Positions 41,233 through 49,538 of a stretch of DNA of 64,000 bases are shown one piece after another. The notes below the pieces were generated by a model that saw nothing but the letters and a program-made list of their open reading frames with translations, was not told the DNA's origin and ran no database searches. The first letter of the stretch is position 1. Each line of letters starts with the position of its first letter. Made by a program: the position numbers and the translations under genes. Location: contig JACKFZ010000001.1 in NCBI GenBank assembly GCA_020632215.1, positions 17,444 to 81,443 on the forward strand. Reading direction: 5' to 3'. The stretch comes from Candidatus Nomurabacteria bacterium (GTDB taxonomy: Bacteria > Patescibacteriota > Minisyncoccia > Phycocordibacterales > JAACPR01).

Positions 41233-41814
41233 TTATTCTGAAACATTGTATTTTTTTGAAGTAGCTGGAAATTCATAGGTTAGTTTAAGAAGCATTTCTG
41301 AAAAAGATATTAAGTCCTTGGCCTCCTCCTCAGACATTATTAAGATCTCGTGGTTTGCTTCATTGCCTTTTTTTCTAATATGATCAACCCATCCTCTTGC
41401 ATCAGGTGGGACGTAATTATTGCTAGATAAAAATTCAACGTATTCCACAAAACTTTTTCCTTCTTCGGCACCTTTCGATACTGAGATATGCATCAAGAGC
41501 TTTCTGCAACATAAGACTGTCGCTGTAAAAGCATTATTGGAAAAACTGCCCCTGGCTTCTTGGTATAGATGCTTAACTTTTTCATCGTCAATACCCAACA
41601 CATCATCCCCAAACTTACTTCCTGGAGTTTGTTTATCGTTAACATCAAAAAAAGTCGGTTTCTGACAATGATGACAGATATATATAAAAGCTGATTGTCC
41701 AGTATGACTATTTTTTGCTGAATATGCCTTTTCAGACGCCAAAGGTCGGCTACAAAATCCACATGTGTAACTTTTAGAAGATACTGTTTGTATATGAGCC
41801 CATTCCAGTTTCAT
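41233..41814 (-). CDS. DUF4145-domain protein with N-terminal CxxC...CxxC zinc ribbon
   Basis: CGFCSRP...CHHCQKP zinc ribbon, then ATVLCCRKLLMHIS...GWVDHIRKKGNEANHE, which matches the DUF4145 pattern often found with restriction and abortive-infection systems. Confidence 0.55.
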   Translation of the reverse strand: MKLEWAHIQTVSSKSYTCGFCSRPLASEKAYSAKNSHTGQSAFIYICHHCQKPTFFDVNDKQTPGSKFGDDVLGIDDEKVKHLYQEARGSFSNNAFTATVLCCRKLLMHISVSKGAEEGKSFVEYVEFLSSNNYVPPDARGWVDHIRKKGNEANHEILIMSEEEAKDLISFSEMLLKLTYEFPATSKKYNVSE

Positions 41815-41857
41815 ATCTTAATTTTATCATAAAATAAAAAGAATTTAATTCTCTGTT

Positions 41858-41995
41858 TTTCTCGGTCACAACTTCTAGGAAAATATCGGAATTTAAGGGT
41901 TAGTAATGGTCGGGTTTTGTCGGGTAATATTATACGGTTTTATACGGTAAATTCTCGGATTTTCTCGGACAACAATTATCGGAAATTGTCGGAAA
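41858..41995. repeat. iteron-like array of ~10 short direct repeats (consensus t-tcgg-a/g/t, ~10-13 bp spacing)
   Basis: ttctcggtcaca, atatcggaat, tggtcgggtt, ttgtcgggta, tatacggttt, tatacggtaa, ttctcggatt, ttctcggaca, ttatcggaaa, ttgtcggaaa. Confidence 0.45.
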
Positions 41996-42715
41996 AATAT
42001 TAATTTGCAAAAGCTGCTAATATGGCAGAGGCTACAAACAATAGAAGTAGTATTTTAGAGTAATCTTTCTTTATTTGGTACTTTTCGGGGACATGTAAGC
42101 CAAATATGAAGCCTGAAAATAAGATTCCTACTATTGCTCCCATACATACTCCTGCTAAATACATTAATGTCATATGCCTAGTATTTTTATTTTTTAAATA
42201 ATTAGGCTTTCACACAAAAAGCCCGCCACGGATAGAGGCCGAACCTCTCGTACCAGTTTCCTGATACGGCCTATCAAGCAAACCCCATGACGGGTTCTTT
42301 ATGCTTGATAGGACTTTCTTACCGTGCCAAATAAAATTTGGGTTAGGCAATATTATTATTCAGTTGTCCATTCATTCTAACATGTATATCAGAAACACCC
42401 TATGGTCCTTATTTTAAGCCTTTTAATAAAACGATATCGTTTATGTGTCAATGATTATTTACGATATCGTGGATAAAGTCTTAGACCAAAAAACTGTTTT
42501 CTAATACGTTCTAGATACTGAGGGTAATATGTTTGCATTTCCTTTAAAAGAAGAAGATTTCATTACAGATGGCATAGTTAAGTTTTTTGACTTGCTATCT
42601 AGTTTTGACTACGAAGATAAATTAAAAGAAAGATCAGGGTATGATTCCGTTTCCTTAGATCCATCCCCTAGGGACTCGGAATTAGATTCTGATCCTGGGT
42701 GCTAATTATATAAAA

Positions 42716-43510
42716 ATGGGAAAAGGGATGGAAAAAGTAAAATATACAAAAGAATTTAAGAACTGGGTTCCTTTGCAAAGAGACCTTGCTGCTGATAAAA
42801 GAAATGGCAAGATTAGCAAGGGAGAATACGACCTGTATGTTTGGATGAAAACGATCACAAATCTTGAAGGGATAGCCATTGTGAGTTTGGACTCACTTTG
42901 TGAGGATGTTTTTTCAAATCGTGTTAAGAGGAATTATGTGAATCAACTACTTTTGTCACTCAAAGCTAAGAGGTACATATACTATTATCCTAGATCCGGC
43001 AAGAAAGGTTCTTTTGATGTCCATTTTGATAAAATCTTTATATCTGGCGGTATTCTAAAGAATATTGATAGTTTTTTTGACACAGAAAATAATGGCTTTT
43101 CTAATGTTAGACCTCATCAAGAAACAGAGGTTAGTAAGAGCCCTGGTAATGTTTGTAAGAGGTTGTTCGATGAAGAAACTATAAATAAACGTGATATTTT
43201 AGAGAAATTTACAGAAGGAGTAAGAGGTTACGGAAGATATAACGATAACGATACTGATAATAAAGATCGATTATATAAAAATAAAATTACTGTGAGTAAC
43301 TATGATCCACAGATTCCAGAGGAAAAGCTGTGCTTGGTAATTGCAAAAAGGATTGGAGAAAAAAATATGGACTTTATCTTATCAATACTCAAGAAACATG
43401 GAATTGATGTAATTAATCAGGCTTATGAAATTTTTGAGAGAAAAATTAGTGAAGATATAAAAAATCCACCCGCGTATTTCAATGCAATTATTAAAGATTT
43501 GGTAAAATAA
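42716..43510 (+). CDS. hypothetical island protein (possible Rep/DNA-binding protein adjacent to iterons)
   Basis: 264 aa with no clear motifs. Function is inferred only from its position between the iteron-like array and the recombinase. Confidence 0.35.
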   Translation: MGKGMEKVKYTKEFKNWVPLQRDLAADKRNGKISKGEYDLYVWMKTITNLEGIAIVSLDSLCEDVFSNRVKRNYVNQLLLSLKAKRYIYYYPRSGKKGSFDVHFDKIFISGGILKNIDSFFDTENNGFSNVRPHQETEVSKSPGNVCKRLFDEETINKRDILEKFTEGVRGYGRYNDNDTDNKDRLYKNKITVSNYDPQIPEEKLCLVIAKRIGEKNMDFILSILKKHGIDVINQAYEIFERKISEDIKNPPAYFNAIIKDLVK

Positions 43511-43515
43511 AAAAT

Positions 43516-45090
43516 ATGAAAACTATAATCTATGCAAGAGTCTCGTCTAGAGAACAGGAGGATACCGGATATTCTTTAGATGCTCAAGAAAAACTATTGA
43601 AAGAATATTCAAAGAAGAAGGGTTTAAATGAAATTAAAACTTTCAAGATTACCGAATCTGCTAGTGGTAGACAGATACGAAAAACTTTTAATGAAATGCT
43701 TCAGTATGCTGATAAGAATAAGGTAGATATCATTCTCTGTGAAAAAATAGATAGATTGACTAGAAATCTAAAGGATGCGGCTGTAATAAGCGATTGGATA
43801 CAAGAAGATGAAAAACATGAAGTTCATTTTGTAAAAGAGAATTTTATTGTAAATAAAAATACTAGAGCCCATGAAAACTTGGTTTGGGATATGAAGGTGG
43901 CTATTGCCAGGTTTTATACAAACAATCTCTCTGAAGAAGTAAGAAAAGGCCAAAAAGAAAAGATTGCACAGGGTTGGCTACCGACTAAACCACCACTTGG
44001 GTATAAAACTGTGGGAGAAAAAGGTCATAAGATCCATGTGATCGAACAACCAACTGCTTCTTACGTCCAGAAAGCTTTTGAATACTATGGGTCCAGTAAT
44101 AATTCTATTACTGCTGTAACAGAAAAATTATACGAAGATGGTTTGAGGACCAGGGCTGGCGGCAAGGTGGCTAGAAGTAGGATTGAGGTTATGCTAAAAG
44201 AACCTTTCTATTACGGTGCTATGAGATGGAATGATCAAGTGTATTCTGGCAGGCATGAACCTTTAATAACCAAAGAGCTGTTTGATAAGGTCCAGAATTT
44301 ACTGACTAGGAAAAAAGTTCCTCACTACAAGAGTCACAGCTTTATGTTTAGGAAGCTACTTACTTGCGGAGAGTGCGAAGGAACTATTACAGGAGAAATT
44401 CAAAAGGGAATTATTTATTACCACTGCAATCATTATAGAAAGTGTAGTCAAAAAGCTTATGCTCCAGAAAAAGTCGTGGAAGAACAAATTATGGGAGTAT
44501 TTAAGTTCTTTGAGTCGATAACCGAAAAAGAAGCAGAGCAGATTAAGTCTAAAATTCGCCAAAATCACGCTCAAGAAATCGAATATAAAGAGAAGGCATT
44601 AGATGGTCTTAATAATCGCTACAAGGCATTACAGAAGCGTCTGGATGTACTCTACAACGATAGGCTGGATGAACGAATATCTCTAAATATGTGGGAGATA
44701 AAAAATAAAGAGATTGTTGGAGAACAAGAGGAGATCCAAAATCAAATTAAGAAAATGAAAACAGAAGAAGCTAAATACTTTGAAATTTGGCTAAATATTT
44801 TAGATCTTGCACGGAGAGCAAGAGAAATTTATGAAAAAAGATCTCCAGAAGAGAAGAGATTGCTACTAAATTATATTTTTTCGAACCTAACTTTAAAAGA
44901 CAAAAAAGTTATATATTCTTTGACAAAACCAGTAGAGGTATTGGCTAAAAGGGTCCAGGAGAAGTTGGATGCTGAAAAGAGTTTCGAACTAAAAAAAACC
45001 TTTGTAAAACAAAGACGAAATAAGGATTTAGTAGGGGTTTCTACTGCTCTGCTCCACGGGCAGGATTCGAACCTGCAACCAATCGATTAA
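43516..45090 (+). CDS. large serine recombinase (resolvase/invertase N-domain, recombinase domain, zinc ribbon, coiled coil)
   Basis: IIYARVSSREQ catalytic Ser region. Recombinase domain with a CGECEGT...YYHCNHYRKC zinc ribbon, then a long coiled coil. 524 aa. The 3' end overlaps the tRNA-Asn. Confidence 0.85.
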   Translation: MKTIIYARVSSREQEDTGYSLDAQEKLLKEYSKKKGLNEIKTFKITESASGRQIRKTFNEMLQYADKNKVDIILCEKIDRLTRNLKDAAVISDWIQEDEKHEVHFVKENFIVNKNTRAHENLVWDMKVAIARFYTNNLSEEVRKGQKEKIAQGWLPTKPPLGYKTVGEKGHKIHVIEQPTASYVQKAFEYYGSSNNSITAVTEKLYEDGLRTRAGGKVARSRIEVMLKEPFYYGAMRWNDQVYSGRHEPLITKELFDKVQNLLTRKKVPHYKSHSFMFRKLLTCGECEGTITGEIQKGIIYYHCNHYRKCSQKAYAPEKVVEEQIMGVFKFFESITEKEAEQIKSKIRQNHAQEIEYKEKALDGLNNRYKALQKRLDVLYNDRLDERISLNMWEIKNKEIVGEQEEIQNQIKKMKTEEAKYFEIWLNILDLARRAREIYEKRSPEEKRLLLNYIFSNLTLKDKKVIYSLTKPVEVLAKRVQEKLDAEKSFELKKTFVKQRRNKDLVGVSTALLHGQDSNLQPID

Positions 45091-45122
45091 CAGTCGACTG
45101 CTCTACCATTGAGCTACCGTGG
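45051..45122 (-). tRNA. tRNA-Asn (anticodon GTT)
   Basis: The reverse complement folds as a cloverleaf. Acceptor tccacgg/ccgtgga, D-arm gctc-aatggta-gagc, anticodon stem gtcga/tcgat with loop ctGTTaa, T-arm tgcagg-ttcgaat-cctgc. Discriminator g; CCA is not encoded. Confidence 0.8.
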
Positions 45123-45206
45123 AATATAGTTCTCTATAAGTGAACTAGTCAGAAATATTAACAACATTATGGCTTGATGTCTAGTTTTTTGGATTACACA
45201 TAAAGG

Positions 45207-45806
45207 TTGTATAATGAGTATATGATGAATAAAAGAAGTTGGATTTGGGCCATTGTAATAGTTTTGATTGTAATTTTGTCTTTTGTAAAAATTGCACATA
45301 GCCCCAAGACTGATGATGAAGATTTTAAAAATAATTTAGAAAAAAATATGGCGTTACAAATATCTAGTCCTCAATTTGAAGATGGCGGGAACATTCCATC
45401 CAAATATACATGTGATGGAGATAATACTAATCCAGAATTTAATATGAATGGGGTACCAGAAGGAGCTATCTCTCTAGCTTTAATCATGGATGATCCAGAT
45501 GTACCAACAAATTTGAGAGAAGACGGTATGTGGGATCATTGGATTGTTTTTAATATTCCTCCGCAGACGACCAAGGTTGATGAAAATAGTGAACCTGAAG
45601 GTGTTCATGGTAGTGGAACTGCAGGTAATGCAAACTATCGTGGCCCATGTCCTCCAGACAGAGAGCATCGATATTTCTTCAAACTGTATGCTCTAGATAC
45701 AATGCTCGATCTTCCAGAAGGTGTTTCTAAAAAAGAAGTGGAAGATGCAATGAAAGGACACATCATTGAACAGGCAGAGTTGGTGGGTAAGTATAACAAG
45801 AAATAA
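45207..45806 (+). CDS. YbhB/YbcL-family PEBP (Raf kinase inhibitor-like) protein with N-terminal membrane anchor
   Basis: GPCPPDREHRYFFKLYALD is the bacterial PEBP signature. Confidence 0.7.
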   Translation: MYNEYMMNKRSWIWAIVIVLIVILSFVKIAHSPKTDDEDFKNNLEKNMALQISSPQFEDGGNIPSKYTCDGDNTNPEFNMNGVPEGAISLALIMDDPDVPTNLREDGMWDHWIVFNIPPQTTKVDENSEPEGVHGSGTAGNANYRGPCPPDREHRYFFKLYALDTMLDLPEGVSKKEVEDAMKGHIIEQAELVGKYNKK

Positions 45807-45945
45807 ATTCGAAATACGAAGCACGAAATACGAAACAAATAATAAATTGTAAATATTAAACGTGGAGAGTGGTTTATAATTTTGGGTTTAGTGCTTAGAA
45901 TTTGTTTCGAATTTCGATACTCGGATTTTTCTACTGATTAAAATT

Positions 45946-46173
45946 ATGTATATTCACATTAAAGTCACAACTAATAGTAAAAAAGAATCTGTTATTGAAA
46001 TTGATAAAGATCATTTTGATATATCGGTTAAAGAACCTGCTGAGAGAAATAGAGCAAATGATAGAGTGATTGAAATAATCAGAGAAAAATTTCCAGATGC
46101 AAAACAAATAAAAATTGTCAGTGGTCATCATTCGCCATCAAAACTTTTGTCAGTCAATTTAGATGATCAGTAA
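45946..46173 (+). CDS. DUF167 (YggU/UPF0235) family protein
   Basis: 75 aa. VKEPAERNRANDRVIEIIREKF..IKIVSGHHSPSK matches the DUF167 pattern. Confidence 0.55.
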   Translation: MYIHIKVTTNSKKESVIEIDKDHFDISVKEPAERNRANDRVIEIIREKFPDAKQIKIVSGHHSPSKLLSVNLDDQ

Positions 46174-46241
46174 GTTTTGATATAATATTTTTGTAATTAG
46201 GTATTCCTATTTACTATTTACTACTAACTATAAACTAATTC

Positions 46242-46607
46242 ATGTCAATAAATTTTCAAATCAGAACAAAGGATTTAGATTTAACACCAGAGATTACCAA
46301 CTATATACACGAGAAACTCGGTGTCATTGAAAAGTTTGTAAGTCCAGATGTTGATACAGAGATATTGGCACAAGTGGAAGTTGCCCTGAGGTCTAAACAC
46401 CATCAAAAAGGAGATATATATAAAGCGGAAATAGTTTTTACTCATGATGGGCAAAAATATACAGCATCAACAAAAGCTGGAGATGTATTTTCTGCTATAG
46501 ATGAATTGAAAGATGAAATCTCAAAGAGAGTTAGGAGATCAAAGAACAAAGGGGAGAGTCTTTTTAGAAAAGGAGCCAGAGCTATTAAAGGTTTTTTAAA
46601 AAAATAA
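46242..46607 (+). CDS. hpf: ribosome hibernation-promoting factor (RaiA/HPF family)
   Basis: INFQIRTKDLDLTPEITNYIHEKL with the beta-alpha-beta-beta-beta-alpha signature. 121 aa. Confidence 0.8.
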   Translation: MSINFQIRTKDLDLTPEITNYIHEKLGVIEKFVSPDVDTEILAQVEVALRSKHHQKGDIYKAEIVFTHDGQKYTASTKAGDVFSAIDELKDEISKRVRRSKNKGESLFRKGARAIKGFLKK

Positions 46608-46608
46608 T

Positions 46609-47232
46609 ATGAAAAGCAGTTCAGCCACATTTTTAATTTTTGTCATTATCATTGCTGGAGCTTATTTTTTTGTGAAGCAAAATGATTTGGATAAAACATC
46701 AGGAGAATCAAAAGAATTAGGAGAAATTAATCAAGAAAAAAATATGAGTAATCAAATCGCAACATTTAAAACAAACAAAGGAGAATTTAAAATAGAACTA
46801 TTTGGGGATAAAGCTCCAAAGACAGTAGAGAACTTTGTCACTTTGGCCAATCAAGGATTTTATAACAATACAAAGTTCCATAGAATTATTGCTGATTTTA
46901 TGATTCAAGGTGGTGACCCTTTGACAAAAGATGATTCTCAAATGACAAGATGGGGAACAGGTGGTCCAGATTATAGGTTTGCTGATGAATTTGGCGAAGG
47001 ACTTTCAAATGTAACTGGAACAATATCGATGGCCAATGCCGGTCCAAATACAAACGGAAGCCAATTTTTCATTAATGTGGCTGATAATACTTTTCTAGAT
47101 GGTAAACATGCGGTCTTTGGAAAAGTGATTGAAGGGATGGATCTGGTGATGCAGTTGAGCAAAGTAGAGACAGGGGAGAGAGATGTGCCTGTAAGTCCTG
47201 TGGTTGTTGAGAGTGTTTCTATTAGTCAGTAG
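46609..47232 (+). CDS. ppiB: peptidyl-prolyl cis-trans isomerase, cyclophilin type
   Basis: FHRIIADFMIQGGDP and the SMANAGPNTNGSQFFIN cyclophilin motifs. N-terminal TM or signal sequence. Confidence 0.9.
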   Translation: MKSSSATFLIFVIIIAGAYFFVKQNDLDKTSGESKELGEINQEKNMSNQIATFKTNKGEFKIELFGDKAPKTVENFVTLANQGFYNNTKFHRIIADFMIQGGDPLTKDDSQMTRWGTGGPDYRFADEFGEGLSNVTGTISMANAGPNTNGSQFFINVADNTFLDGKHAVFGKVIEGMDLVMQLSKVETGERDVPVSPVVVESVSISQ

Positions 47233-47377
47233 TAAATAGGTAGTAGTTAATAGTAATTGTCGTTCTGAAACTCCGAAAAGCAGGTCTTTCAGAATGTTTT
47301 TATTTATAAAAAAATCCTGCCTAGCTGGCGGTCCTGTCGGACGGCTTAGGGTAAAGCCCCTCGATTTCGCTCGGAGT

Positions 47378-48268
47378 TCAAGATGACGGATAGAGAATTT
47401 CCTTCTTACCTTCAGGAATCACTTTTTTGATGATGAATTTACCACGAGATCCTGAATCTCTCGCCTCATTCTTCGGCTCGGGTTCAGGATGACGGGAAGG
47501 AATAAACTCTGCTTCTGTGATTTTCATTCTCTTACCATCTTTAAAGAAAAAAGTACCAGGCCAAGGTTTATAGGCTTTGTATTTTAAGAAGTTAAGATAT
47601 GGATCATCTTCTAAATTGAGTTCTCCATCTGATTTTTCTATTTTTTCTGTGAAAGTAGCAAGATTATGTTCTTGTTCTTGTTCATCTATATTACCTAGAA
47701 TCCACTCTGGGATAATTTGTGCCAAAATACGTCCTCCATCTCTCGCCAATTTTTCCAAGACTTCCATTTTGTCAGGCCAATTTTCAAAATAAAGAACTTC
47801 CTGATCAAGTATTGGTCCATGATCCATTTTTTCATCCATTCTCATGACAGTGACACCTGTTTCTTTATCGTTATTTAAAATAGCAGTCTCTATTGGAGTG
47901 GCACCTCTGTATTTTGGCAGTAGAGAAGGGTGAACATTTAGTGCCTTATACTTTGGTAATTTTAAAACAGAGTTTGGAATAATGAGTCCATATGATGCTA
48001 CTAAGAATAGTTCACACTCATATTTTTTTATTTTTGAAATAAAATTGTCATCTAGTTTTTCTGGCTGCAATGTTTCAATTTTATTCTCATCTGCCCAAAC
48101 CTTTACTTCACAAGGAGTTAATACTAACTTTCTTCCCTTTGGTCTATCTGGAGTAGTTACTATCAGATCTGGGATGATGCCAGCATTTTTTAATTCTTCC
48201 AAAACAAAAACACTGAATTCATCAGTCCCGAAAAATGCTATTTTTGTTTCTAATTTTTGATTGACCAT
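47378..48268 (-). CDS. fmt: methionyl-tRNA formyltransferase
   Basis: IAFFGTDEFSV at the N-terminus and the HPSLLPKYRGATPIETAI formyltransferase motif. C-terminal extension present. Confidence 0.85.
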   Translation of the reverse strand: MVNQKLETKIAFFGTDEFSVFVLEELKNAGIIPDLIVTTPDRPKGRKLVLTPCEVKVWADENKIETLQPEKLDDNFISKIKKYECELFLVASYGLIIPNSVLKLPKYKALNVHPSLLPKYRGATPIETAILNNDKETGVTVMRMDEKMDHGPILDQEVLYFENWPDKMEVLEKLARDGGRILAQIIPEWILGNIDEQEQEHNLATFTEKIEKSDGELNLEDDPYLNFLKYKAYKPWPGTFFFKDGKRMKITEAEFIPSRHPEPEPKNEARDSGSRGKFIIKKVIPEGKKEILYPSS

Positions 48269-48270
48269 AT

Positions 48271-48345
48271 TCTACATTCTACATTCTACATTCTACATTC
48301 TAAATACTACATTCTACATTCTACATTCTAAATTCTACATTCTAA
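48271..48345. repeat. (TTCTACA)n heptamer tandem array filling the def-fmt intergenic space
   Basis: About 10 tandem heptamers with occasional taaata/taaatt variants. The array abuts the def stop codon. On the minus strand it reads TGTAGAA, giving TAG in all three frames. Confidence 0.8.
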
Positions 48346-48848
48346 CTTTCCTTTGATTCCATTTCTTCTAACTCTACAGCATGATCGACAAATAGAATAC
48401 CATTCAAATGATCTATCTCATGTTGAAATATTTGTGCCAAGAGGCCACTGGCTGACATTTGGAATTCTTCAGCATTTTCACCATAAGCTTTGACTGTTGC
48501 TCTAGAATGTCTTCTGGTTTTGCCATACCACCATCTAACAGAGAGACATCCTTCATCGAGCAACTTCTCATCTTTTGAATGTTTGATAATTTCTGGATTT
48601 ATAAATACCAATCTCATGTTATCAGGGTCCTTGGCAAAAACTTTTGGAGCAACGACAAAGATGCGCAGGTTTACACCTATTTGTGGAGCTGCTAGAGCTA
48701 CACCGTCATTTTGAGAAGCTAAAGATTGATGCATCTCTTTCAAAATATTCTGGATTTTATCTGTTTCAATCTCTGAAAGTTCAACAGCATTACTGATCTT
48801 TCTCAAGGCTTCCCCTTCTACTGTATCTTTTTGAACGATACTTTTCAT
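48342..48848 (-). CDS. def: peptide deformylase
   Basis: GVALAAPQIG, EGCLS and HEIDHLNG, the three PDF motifs. Confidence 0.9.
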   Translation of the reverse strand: MKSIVQKDTVEGEALRKISNAVELSEIETDKIQNILKEMHQSLASQNDGVALAAPQIGVNLRIFVVAPKVFAKDPDNMRLVFINPEIIKHSKDEKLLDEGCLSVRWWYGKTRRHSRATVKAYGENAEEFQMSASGLLAQIFQHEIDHLNGILFVDHAVELEEMESKES

Positions 48849-48985
48849 ATATTGCTAAGTATAAGGAATTATGTTGTTTTGACAATATATGAAAATTTGG
48901 TAGTTTATGTCAAAAGTTCACGTTTCTCTTTTAGTTTAGGAGAACATTTACAAAATCAAAATCAAACCGAGGAAGGAAAAAAATT

Positions 48986-49336
48986 ATGAAAAGGATTGCA
49001 TTTCACAAACTTCAAATTGGTCCGCCGAGACATGGTGTTATCTTGTGCAGCCATGAAGGAGAGGGGATGGTCGATTACTGTGCTGGTGATCAGAGGACAC
49101 TACTTCTTCAAAATTCTGCCGACACAACGTTCACGATGGTCTGTCAGGGCAGACATCGTCGAAGTGACCTCGAAAAAGGCAATGAGGTATGGGTAATCTA
49201 TTGGAAAATCACGAAAAACTGTTCTTTGCCAAATGATGCCAAACAATTGTCTTCAGCAATTGAGTTGGGATCCCGGGCATCGTCACTGGAATGGTTAACT
49301 CAACCTGATTTTCTCAGGAAATACCCTGAAATTTGA
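48986..49336 (+). CDS. hypothetical ORF in a locally GC-enriched (~45%) segment
   Basis: 116-aa ORF with no motifs. The segment is bracketed by the two heptamer arrays. Coding status is uncertain. Confidence 0.2.
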   Translation: MKRIAFHKLQIGPPRHGVILCSHEGEGMVDYCAGDQRTLLLQNSADTTFTMVCQGRHRRSDLEKGNEVWVIYWKITKNCSLPNDAKQLSSAIELGSRASSLEWLTQPDFLRKYPEI

Positions 49337-49450
49337 TCGACACCTTTCTCTTTATCCCGCGGTCACAGGATTCACTCCTCGTGGCCGCTTCGTTTTTATC
49401 TATTACCTATTAACTACTCCGCATAAACTTCGCTATACAGGGCAAGTATT

Positions 49451-49538
49451 CTAAATACCACATTCTACATACTACATACTACATTCTACATTCTACATTC
49501 TACATTCTACATTCTACATTCTAAATTCTACATTCTAT
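49451..49538. repeat. (TTCTACA)n heptamer tandem array abutting the priA-like stop codon
   Basis: A second copy of the same heptamer array (ctacatactacatactacattctacattctacattctac...). Confidence 0.8.

Larger units (their letters stand above)
33213..45065. mobile_element. tRNA-Asn-integrated genomic island (~11.9 kb) with serine recombinase, TA pair, XRE regulator and defense cassette
   Basis: Bounded by a 17-bp direct repeat derived from the tRNA 3' end. A large serine recombinase gene ends inside the tRNA. Cargo consists of defense and TA genes, with an iteron-like array and a Rep-like ORF. Confidence 0.65.

Noticed and set aside
48271-49538. The heptamer arrays as a possible CRISPR array
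   Set aside because: The repeat unit is 7 bp, there are no spacers, and no cas genes are nearby. This is a microsatellite-like tandem repeat, not CRISPR.
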